Shown here one piece after another: positions 36,009-43,805 of a stretch of 43,805 bases of DNA. The position numbers and the translations under genes are program-made. Below the pieces are notes generated by a model that saw only the letters and a program-made list of their open reading frames with translations, did not search any database and had not been told where the DNA came from. Origin of the DNA: Patescibacteria group bacterium (lineage in GTDB: Bacteria > Patescibacteriota > Minisyncoccia > Minisyncoccales > JANBVM01); contig JANBVM010000004.1 of NCBI GenBank assembly GCA_024239015.1, forward strand, positions 1 through 43,805, written 5' to 3'. Positions within the stretch are counted from its first letter, which is position 1. Every line of letters starts with the position of its first letter.

Positions 36009-36725
36009 ATGCGAGGTTATAAAAAGAGAAAACAGAAATGGGAAGGAAAGAATCGAAAATATGAATTAAATTCAGCTCGAGAAGCAACTATTATTCTAAC
36101 CGTTAAAAACACACTTGAATTGTTAGGAAACAAAAGAGAAGGTGAGGTATTAGATATTGGGTGTGGTTTTGGAGAAATTGATTTGTTATTAGCCAAAGTT
36201 ACAGATTTCAGAATTACTGGATGTGATATTTCTGAGAATGCATTAGGGATTGCCAGAAGCAATATTAAGCAGGCAGATTTGGCTGGTCGGGTCAAAATTG
36301 AAGAAGGGGATGTTTACAACCTTAAATATCCTGATAATTCTTTTGATGTTGTCCTGAGCTTTGGTTATGTATCAGCAGCCACTTACCCTGGAGTGCAAAG
36401 GGAGGTAGCTAGAGTTTTAAAACCAGGAGGTGTTTTAGTCTGTGATTTTATAAATTGTCTATCTTTCTATAAATTTCTCAATACTTTTGCAAGAATTATA
36501 AAAAGAAATGAGAACCCTTACTATATTTCTGCTGCTAGAATCAGTCAAGAATTTGAAAAAGCAGGTCTTATGTTTATAAACCAACGCTTCTTTAATACTT
36601 ATCCACCAATAAACCTAAAGATGGATTCTGGTGTGTTCTTTACTTTCGAGAACACTATAGGGAAAGTGTTTCAAAATTTTTTAGGGAGGGTAAGATTAGT
36701 TAGCTTCCAAAAATTTAAACCTTAA
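36009..36725 (+). CDS. Class I SAM-dependent methyltransferase
   Basis: VLDIGCGFG, DNSFDVV and RVLKPGG motifs. Confidence 0.92.
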   Translation: MRGYKKRKQKWEGKNRKYELNSAREATIILTVKNTLELLGNKREGEVLDIGCGFGEIDLLLAKVTDFRITGCDISENALGIARSNIKQADLAGRVKIEEGDVYNLKYPDNSFDVVLSFGYVSAATYPGVQREVARVLKPGGVLVCDFINCLSFYKFLNTFARIIKRNENPYYISAARISQEFEKAGLMFINQRFFNTYPPINLKMDSGVFFTFENTIGKVFQNFLGRVRLVSFQKFKP

Positions 36726-36727
36726 AA

Positions 36728-37867
36728 ATGTTTTTTGTTCACCCTCAAATTAAATTGAATAGAGAGAACTTAAAGAGAATATTTTTTAGTTTTCTGGGGA
36801 AATCTGATTTTGTTTCTTTGAAAAAGAAACTTTCTTTAATGTTCACTGAAAAACAGCTTGTTTTCACTGATATGGGGAGATCTGCTTTTAAGATTATTGT
36901 TGAAAAATTAAACCTGCAAAATTCTCAGATTATCATGCCAGCATATATCTGTGACATTTTTTACCCTATTTTAAAGCAATACAATATTAAGCCAATTTTT
37001 TTGGACATTGACCTTAATACTTTTAATGTTAATCCAGATAAAATTTCACAATCAGTTACTCCTCAAACTAAGGCGATTTTAGTAGCTCACACCTATGGAT
37101 TACCGGTTGATATGGAGAGAATCAAAGAAATTAAGGGACCTATCATTATTGAAGATTGTGCCCACACTTTTGGAGCTAGATACCAGAATGAGTTTGTTGG
37201 AAATTTTGGCCAAGCCTCGTTTTTTAGCCTTTATAAACAGTTTCCGACCTTTCGGGGTGGGTTATTAATCTGTCCTAATAATTGGGATATTAATCTTTCC
37301 AAAACAAGTTTTAACACTAGAGATTTTATTTCATTCTTAAACTCTTTCCCTTTTTTTAGTTTTCTTTTTAAAACATTTGGAGAAAAGGCAGCTGAAAAAA
37401 TGCCCAGGAAAGAGAAAACCCTAAAACCCAGTGCCCTTAATTCAGTTTCATTAAACTTTTTCTCTTACTTTTTGGAAGATTATGAAGAGCCTTTAAGAAG
37501 AAGAATCGCTCTTGCTTTATTCTTTCAAGAGGAATTAAAGAAGTTGGGGCTTTTAGTTCAAGAATCAACAAATAATGTTTTTTGTTATCTTTCAGCTTTA
37601 GTTCCTAAAGAATTAGAGGGAAAAAGAGATGAGTTAGTAAAAAAACTGAGAAGGGAAGGAGTTTTTTGTACTAGAATGTGGAATACTTCCAGAACCATTA
37701 TTCTGAATCCAGACGTTCAACAGGAATATAATATTGATTTAAATGAATTCCCTAATACTGTTGAAGCTGCAAATAGGGTTATTAATTTTCCTCTACAGAA
37801 TCATTACACCAAAAAAGACATCGAAAAAATAATACAGGCAATAAAAAAGGTTTTAACTAAACTATGA
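36728..37867 (+). CDS. DegT/DnrJ/EryC1/StrS PLP-dependent sugar aminotransferase
   Basis: TKAILVAHTYG, IEDCAH and FSLYK (PLP lysine) motifs. Confidence 0.88.
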   Translation: MFFVHPQIKLNRENLKRIFFSFLGKSDFVSLKKKLSLMFTEKQLVFTDMGRSAFKIIVEKLNLQNSQIIMPAYICDIFYPILKQYNIKPIFLDIDLNTFNVNPDKISQSVTPQTKAILVAHTYGLPVDMERIKEIKGPIIIEDCAHTFGARYQNEFVGNFGQASFFSLYKQFPTFRGGLLICPNNWDINLSKTSFNTRDFISFLNSFPFFSFLFKTFGEKAAEKMPRKEKTLKPSALNSVSLNFFSYFLEDYEEPLRRRIALALFFQEELKKLGLLVQESTNNVFCYLSALVPKELEGKRDELVKKLRREGVFCTRMWNTSRTIILNPDVQQEYNIDLNEFPNTVEAANRVINFPLQNHYTKKDIEKIIQAIKKVLTKL

Positions 37868-38964
37868 AAGTTTTAATACCGGTTTTACATTATTATCCAG
37901 TGATTGGGGGATTAGAAACATGGACCCAGAATATTGCAGAAAGGCTTTCTGATAAAGCCGATATCTTTATTGTTACTGGCAAAGTGAAAGATAAACCTAA
38001 TAAAGAGAATTTAAGAGAGGTTGATATATCTAGAACCTCTCTGTATTCTCTGAGAGATCTTTCTTATTCTTCTCCTCTCTATATACTCACAGCTCTACCT
38101 TTTATCTTTTTAAAGTCTCTTTTTTTGATAAAGAAGGAAAAAATCAATATCTGCCACTGCCAAGGATTTCTCAGTAGTTTTTTAGGATATCTTCTTTTCA
38201 ATCTGACCAAAACCCCATACGTTGTAACTGTCCAAAGATTGGAAAAAAATAGCTTCTTGAGAAAATTAGTCTACAGAAATGCTAAAACTTGTATTGCTGC
38301 TAGCTCAGCTATCAAAGATTATTTTATTGAAATTGGCAGCAAGGATATAGTAGTTATTCCTAATGGAATTGATCTGAGAAGATTCAGTAATTTAGACCGT
38401 AAAGAAAACAGAGCAAAATTAGGCTTAGACAACAAGTTTACGATAATGACTATAGCAAGACTGGAGAAGGTTAAAGGAATAAGATACTTGATTCAATCAC
38501 TACCTTTATTAGATATTAACTACCAGTTACTGATCGTTGGGGATGGTTCAGAAAGGGAAAGCTTGGAAAACATGGTAAAGAAGTTAGGATTGGATAATAA
38601 AGTAGAATTCTTGGGGCAAATTCAAAATGAAAAAATTCCAGACTATTTAATCGTTGCTGACTGCTCCATCTTACCTTCTTTAAAAGAAGGCTTTGGAATA
38701 GTGATCTTAGAGGCGATAGCCTCAAAAGTTCCTGTTGTAGCTACCAGGGTGGGTGGTATTTTAGATATAATCGAGGATGAAAAAACAGGTCTTTTAGTAG
38801 AATCTAAGAATCCGGACCAAATCGCAAAAGCTATATATAGAATTTATTCCCAGCCAGAACTGGCTAGGGATTTGGTGGCTAATGCTAGCTTAAATTTAGT
38901 AAAATATGATTGGCAAAATATTACAGGGGAGGTTCATAAAATTTATAAACGATTAATCTTATGA
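37864..38964 (+). CDS. Glycosyltransferase family 4
   Basis: IGGLE, IPNGID, RLEKVKG and EGFGIVILEA motifs. Confidence 0.93.
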   Translation: MKVLIPVLHYYPVIGGLETWTQNIAERLSDKADIFIVTGKVKDKPNKENLREVDISRTSLYSLRDLSYSSPLYILTALPFIFLKSLFLIKKEKINICHCQGFLSSFLGYLLFNLTKTPYVVTVQRLEKNSFLRKLVYRNAKTCIAASSAIKDYFIEIGSKDIVVIPNGIDLRRFSNLDRKENRAKLGLDNKFTIMTIARLEKVKGIRYLIQSLPLLDINYQLLIVGDGSERESLENMVKKLGLDNKVEFLGQIQNEKIPDYLIVADCSILPSLKEGFGIVILEAIASKVPVVATRVGGILDIIEDEKTGLLVESKNPDQIAKAIYRIYSQPELARDLVANASLNLVKYDWQNITGEVHKIYKRLIL

Positions 38965-40049
38965 AGATATTGTTAGCTACACCAACTTATCCACCAGAAA
39001 TTGGAGGACCTTCTCAATATGCAAAGAATTTGGCGGAAAAATTGAGAGAAAGAGGCACTAAGACAGAAGTCGTTTCTTATAACAACTTAAAAGAAAGCCC
39101 TCGACCTTTTAAATTTTTCATCTATTTCTTGAATCTTTTCAAAAAAGCTAAAAACAGCCAAATAATCTATACCTTTAACCTTATTAGTTGCGGCCTACCT
39201 GCTTTTTTTTGCAGTAAAATTTTAAGGAAGAAATTTCTCATAAGATTAGGTGGTGATTTCTTATGGGAGCGGGCAGTGGAATTAGGAAATATTAAAAAGA
39301 CTTTAAGAGAATATTATCGAGAGCCCAAAAGCATAATGGAGAAATTTTGGTTATACTTGATGGAAATAGTCCTAAATTCGGCCAATAAAATAATCTTTAC
39401 TAGTAACCTGCAAAAAGAAATTTACAAGAAATATTTTTGCATTAAAGAAGAAAAAACCATAGTCCTTTCCAACCCGTTTCCAGAATACAAACCATTAAGT
39501 TATCGGCTACCAACCGTTAATTATCAGATATTATATGCTGGCCGTCTGATAAAGCTTAAAAACTTGGAAATCCTGATCGAAACTTTTGCCAGAGTGATGG
39601 AAAAAACCAATATTGCTATAACATTAAAATTAATAGGAGAAGGACCAGAGAGAGAGAGTTTAGAATTGAGAATTAAAGATTTGGGGCTGGAGAACAAAGT
39701 AATTATAGAAAAATCTATTCCTCACTTCGCTTTATTAAAAGAGATTGAAAAAAGTTATTTTTGTATTTTACCCTCCTTAACTGAGATTTCACCAAATTTT
39801 GCCCTAGAATGCATAAGACTAATGAAACCGATCTTGTTAACTAAAGAAACTGGGATTTACGAAGATTTTAAAACCAACCTGACTTTTATTAATCCTCAAG
39901 ACGAAAAAGACATTAGAGAGAAAATACTCTATCTCTTAGATGAAAAGAACTACCAATCTTATATTGAGAGAATGAAAGATATTCCAACTTCTTACTCTTG
40001 GAATAATGTGACAGAAAAACACATTTCATTATTCAAAACATTGACATGA
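38961..40049 (+). CDS. Glycosyltransferase family 4
   Basis: YPPEIGGP, GRLIKLK and EISPNFALE motifs. Confidence 0.88.
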   Translation: MKILLATPTYPPEIGGPSQYAKNLAEKLRERGTKTEVVSYNNLKESPRPFKFFIYFLNLFKKAKNSQIIYTFNLISCGLPAFFCSKILRKKFLIRLGGDFLWERAVELGNIKKTLREYYREPKSIMEKFWLYLMEIVLNSANKIIFTSNLQKEIYKKYFCIKEEKTIVLSNPFPEYKPLSYRLPTVNYQILYAGRLIKLKNLEILIETFARVMEKTNIAITLKLIGEGPERESLELRIKDLGLENKVIIEKSIPHFALLKEIEKSYFCILPSLTEISPNFALECIRLMKPILLTKETGIYEDFKTNLTFINPQDEKDIREKILYLLDEKNYQSYIERMKDIPTSYSWNNVTEKHISLFKTLT

Positions 40050-41143
40050 AAAAAGTTTTATTTATTAGTGTGACAAATTATAATTTCGAGAAAGAAGAGT
40101 TAGTTTCGCATCTGGAAGACAAATTTAAGGGTTTAGCTCAAAAAATAAAGCCTTATGTTTTGGCCAAAGGTAAACCTTTCCACAAAAGGATTTGGGATAC
40201 TGATTTCTATCTTTTAAAACCAGGAGTTCTCTTTTGGCCCCTAGCTTCTATCTTGGCTTTTTATTTATGTTTGGTAAAAAGAATTGATGTGATCATAGCC
40301 CAATCTCCACTCATTGAAGGATTTATAGGTACAGTCTTAAAGAAAGTCTTAAGGAAAGAATTAATTGTTGAAATCCACGGGGATTGGAAAGAGGGTCCTT
40401 TTCTTTCAAAAAGAAGAAGGTTCGAAGCTTTACAAAAGAAGATCGTTCCTTCCTTGGCTAAAATAAGCTTTAAAAATGCTGACAAGATTAGAGCAGTAGC
40501 TGCTTATTTGATCAGAGAGGCAAAGAGATTTGCTCCTGAGAATAATTATTTTTTGTTTCCGACCTTTACTAATCTAGACTCATTTTCAAGAGAAAAAGAT
40601 ACAAGCTATCAAAAGTTTATTTTGTCTGTCGGGCAATTAGAAAAAGTGAAAGGAATGGATGTAGTAATAGATGCTTTCAATGAGATTAGTAAAGAATTTC
40701 CTGATTTTAAACTAATAATTATTGGCGAGGGCTCTCAGAGGAAGAATTTAGAACTTAGAATTAAGAATTTAGGATTAGAAAATAAAGTAGAGCTCAAGGG
40801 AAGATTGTCTCTTGAACAGACAAAAAACACCATGAGAGAATGTTACTATTTCATTTTACCTTCTTTATCCGAGGGATTACCTAGGGCATTAATGGAAGCA
40901 ATGGTTTTGGGAAAACCAGTGATCGGGAGTAATGTCGGTGGAATACCAGATTTAATAAAAGATGGTCAGAATGGTTTTCTATTTATTGCCGGTGATTCCA
41001 ATGAGCTAGGTAAAAAAATGAGAATTCTATTAAATAATAAAGAGTTATCGCTTAATATGGGACAGGCAGGCAAAGAGCTTATAAAGAATAATTTTTCTAA
41101 TAAAAAATATATTGAAAATTATATTAAGATGGTTAATCTTTAA
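40046..41143 (+). CDS. Glycosyltransferase family 4
   Basis: GQLEKVKG and EGLPRALMEAM motifs. Confidence 0.92.
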   Translation: MKKVLFISVTNYNFEKEELVSHLEDKFKGLAQKIKPYVLAKGKPFHKRIWDTDFYLLKPGVLFWPLASILAFYLCLVKRIDVIIAQSPLIEGFIGTVLKKVLRKELIVEIHGDWKEGPFLSKRRRFEALQKKIVPSLAKISFKNADKIRAVAAYLIREAKRFAPENNYFLFPTFTNLDSFSREKDTSYQKFILSVGQLEKVKGMDVVIDAFNEISKEFPDFKLIIIGEGSQRKNLELRIKNLGLENKVELKGRLSLEQTKNTMRECYYFILPSLSEGLPRALMEAMVLGKPVIGSNVGGIPDLIKDGQNGFLFIAGDSNELGKKMRILLNNKELSLNMGQAGKELIKNNFSNKKYIENYIKMVNL

Positions 41144-41151
41144 TCACCACC

Positions 41152-42192
41152 ATGAAACTGTTAATCATTACTCAAAGAGTAGATATTAATGATAGTAATT
41201 TAGGTTTTTTCCACAGCTGGTTAGAAAAGTTTTCTGAAAGATTAGAGAAAGTATATGTAATTTGCCTATGGCAAGGAGAACATAATCTTCCAGACAATAC
41301 CATTGTTTATTCAATGGGGAAGGAAAAAGGATATTCTAAGTTAGTACAACTTTTTAATCTCCAAAAAGTTCTCTTAAAACACATCAGAGAAGTTAACGGT
41401 ATTTTTATCCACATGTCACCGATTTACGCTATAGTTAGTTTTCCATTAGCTAAAATTTTTGGAAGTAAAATGATATTGTGGTTTGTTCATAAATCAGTTA
41501 ATTGGAAATTGAAATTGGCTGAAAAATACGTAGATAAGATTTTAACTGCTTCAAAAGAAAGTTGTCGCCTAAGAAATAGCGATAAGATTGAAATTGTGGG
41601 TCATGGTATTGATATAAATCAGTTTCAACCCACATATCATACTCACCCTTCATTAATGCTCAGAATATTATCAGCAGGAAGAATCGCTCCAGTCAAAGAT
41701 CTAAAAACTCTAATTAGAGCTATAGATATTTTATTTAATCAAAAAAACATTAAAGATATTAAGGCAAAGATTATTGGAGAACCGCTTTTAGATTCTGAAG
41801 TAATATATTTAAATAAATTGAAAAATTTAGTAAGAGAAAAGAAACTAGATAGCTGTATAGAATTTTTTGGGGGTCTGCCGCACGCTCAGATGCCAAGACA
41901 CTATCAAAACTCTGATTTAATCATAAATCTTAGCCAAACAGGAAGTATTGATAAGACAGTGCTAGAGGCTATGGCGTCTGGTTGTTCAGTTTTGACTTGC
42001 AATGAAGCGTTTGTAAATATACTAGACGATAGATACTTTTTTGAGAAGAAAAACCCTCAAGATTTAGCTGAAAAAATCATTAGTTTTAAAAATAGCCCTC
42101 GAGAAGAAAATTTAAGAGAGATAATAATTAAAGACTATAATTTAGATAATCTAATCGATAAAATAATCTCAAAGTTTTATGTGCAGCATTAA
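41152..42192 (+). CDS. Glycosyltransferase family 4
   Basis: GHGID, GRIAPVK and DKTVLEAMASG motifs. Confidence 0.9.
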   Translation: MKLLIITQRVDINDSNLGFFHSWLEKFSERLEKVYVICLWQGEHNLPDNTIVYSMGKEKGYSKLVQLFNLQKVLLKHIREVNGIFIHMSPIYAIVSFPLAKIFGSKMILWFVHKSVNWKLKLAEKYVDKILTASKESCRLRNSDKIEIVGHGIDINQFQPTYHTHPSLMLRILSAGRIAPVKDLKTLIRAIDILFNQKNIKDIKAKIIGEPLLDSEVIYLNKLKNLVREKKLDSCIEFFGGLPHAQMPRHYQNSDLIINLSQTGSIDKTVLEAMASGCSVLTCNEAFVNILDDRYFFEKKNPQDLAEKIISFKNSPREENLREIIIKDYNLDNLIDKIISKFYVQH

Positions 42193-43805
42193 TGGCTTTA
42201 GTTTTCAAGACAGAGACCTGATTAGGAAGATGGTTCATACGACCAAGCACCGGGGACCGGATCAAGAAGGTTTTTATTATGGCGATAATGTGTCTTTGGG
42301 ATCGGCCAGACTCTCTATTATCGATTTATCTGAAAAGGGAAGGCAACCAATCTGGAATGAAGACAAATCAATCTGCGTGATTTGCAATGGAGAGATATAT
42401 AATTACAAAGAAATAAGAAAAGATCTTAAGCGGAAAGGCCATAAATTTTCATCTAATTCAGACACAGAAGTCATCTTACATCTCTACGAAGAAAAAGGAG
42501 AGAAGCTTTTAGATGATTTAAATGGAATCTTTGCTTTTGCTATTTTTGATAGAAATATAAATAAGCTGTTCTTGGCAAGAGACAGGTTTGGAGTAAAACC
42601 ACTTTATTATTTTTTTGATAAAGGAAAACTCATTTTTTCTTCTGAGATTAAAGCAATTCTCTCTCACTCAATACCTAGAGATATTGATCAAGACGCCTTA
42701 TCTCATTATTTCCGCCTTTTCTTCGTCCCCAGTCCCCTTACTTTATTTAACAAGATTAAGAAACTTCCTCCGGCTCACTATTTAACTTATCATGATAAAA
42801 AGGTCACTGTTGGCAAATATTGGGAACTTAAGGATGCCCCAGAGATAAGATCAAAGGAAGATGCAATCAGAGGAATAAAATCTTTGCTCAGAGATTCTGT
42901 AAAACGTCAACTTATATCTGATAGACCCTTGGGTATATTTTTAAGCGGAGGGGTTGATTCAACATCTGTTTTAGGAATTGCTTCTGAATTCATTCAAGGT
43001 AAAATTAAAACCTATTCAGTCGGGTTTGATATTAAAACAGAACAAGAAAAATTTAATAGAGATTTTTATTTTGCTCGTCAGACCAGCCAATATTATGATA
43101 CCGACCATCATGAACTTTTGGTGAGTGATATCGATGCTAGAGATAGTATTGAAAAGGTAATTTGGCATATGGAAGAACCAGTTCCTAACCCTACCCAGAT
43201 TGCAACTTTTCTTTTAGCAGAAGAGGCCAAAAAAGAAGTCACCGTAGTTTTAGGAGGAGATGGTGGAGATGAAATTTTCGGCGGGTATCCAAGATATTAT
43301 TACAGTAAATTAATAGACAGATATCAGCTTTTTCCTTCTTTCCTAGGGGAGAATATTTTTCCTTATTTCATTGAATTACTATTTAATAGGAGAGGATTAA
43401 AAGAAAAACTGAACACTCCGCCTGGAATCTCTCGCTATCTGTTATTCATGGGACAAAAAGAAAAAATCTTAAACCGAGTTTTAAATAAACAATTTGAAGG
43501 AGGTTTAACTGAAGATTTTTTTAAAAAACACTATCCCGAGAATAAATTTAAGGATCAAAACAAGTACCTTATGTATTTAGATCTCTCAACTTGGCTCCCT
43601 GACGAATCTTTACTTCGTTCCGACAAAATGACCATGGCTTTTGGGCTAGAGGAAAGGGTGCCAATTTTAGATCATCGATTAGTAGAGTTTGCATTTAGGA
43701 TTCCTACTAAATATAAAGTGCGTGGTAAAAAGAATAGTAAATGGATTTTTCAGCAGGCAATGAAAGAATATTTACCTCCTCATGTTTTTGAAAAAGAAAA
43801 AAGAG
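42179..43805 (+). CDS. asnB: Asparagine synthase (glutamine-hydrolysing)-like amidotransferase, 3'-truncated by the window edge; absent from the ORF track
   Basis: ATG at 42179 gives MCSINGF with the N-terminal nucleophile Cys, followed by HRGPD, RLSIIDL, NGEIYN, ARDRFGVKPLYY, LSGGVDS, GDGGDE and RVPILDH. Confidence 0.95.
   Translation, partial: MCSINGFSFQDRDLIRKMVHTTKHRGPDQEGFYYGDNVSLGSARLSIIDLSEKGRQPIWNEDKSICVICNGEIYNYKEIRKDLKRKGHKFSSNSDTEVILHLYEEKGEKLLDDLNGIFAFAIFDRNINKLFLARDRFGVKPLYYFFDKGKLIFSSEIKAILSHSIPRDIDQDALSHYFRLFFVPSPLTLFNKIKKLPPAHYLTYHDKKVTVGKYWELKDAPEIRSKEDAIRGIKSLLRDSVKRQLISDRPLGIFLSGGVDSTSVLGIASEFIQGKIKTYSVGFDIKTEQEKFNRDFYFARQTSQYYDTDHHELLVSDIDARDSIEKVIWHMEEPVPNPTQIATFLLAEEAKKEVTVVLGGDGGDEIFGGYPRYYYSKLIDRYQLFPSFLGENIFPYFIELLFNRRGLKEKLNTPPGISRYLLFMGQKEKILNRVLNKQFEGGLTEDFFKKHYPENKFKDQNKYLMYLDLSTWLPDESLLRSDKMTMAFGLEERVPILDHRLVEFAFRIPTKYKVRGKKNSKWIFQQAMKEYLPPHVFEKEKR

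Noticed and set aside
159-38725. Numerous antisense or nested ORFs in the track (for example 159-404, 8498-8767, 14718-15134, 29651-30088, 30176-30661, 38516-38725)
   Set aside because: They are shadows of well-supported genes on the other strand or frame.

Overview
AT-rich bacterial chromosome segment. Gene content and style (few Shine-Dalgarno sites, DUF5667/DUF5668/DUF5678-type proteins, ComEC without a nuclease domain, a giant surface protein with a peptidoglycan-binding domain) suggest a Patescibacteria/CPR organism of the Parcubacteria type; this is inference. In order: (1) the 3' part of a tail-less ftsZ. (2) A cobalamin riboswitch with terminator/antiterminator controlling a four-gene operon: a transcobalamin-like surface protein, an Ig-like membrane protein, a DUF4430 protein and an ECF S-component-like protein. 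This is the best-supported candidate system, a corrinoid-scavenging module. (3) comEC and a methyltransferase. (4) Four self-contained ORFan cassettes on the minus strand with shared structured leaders and terminators. (5) A glycosyltransferase/glycoside hydrolase/htrA/clpB/pseudo-protease block. (6) About 740 bp of structured non-coding DNA with a phased DnaA-box-like array. (7) An accessory island with small membrane genes, an unannotated 53-aa Cys/His protein divergent from a LexA/CI-like repressor, a TIR-domain protein and a RelE-type toxin-antitoxin pair. (8) An HTH regulator, ECF sigma factor and DUF5667 protein. (9) A 1371-aa S-layer-like gene with a structured leader. (10) A long surface-glycan cluster ending in a partial asnB. 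Family assignments come from motif recognition by eye and RNA structures from manual pairing; no database search or folding program was run.
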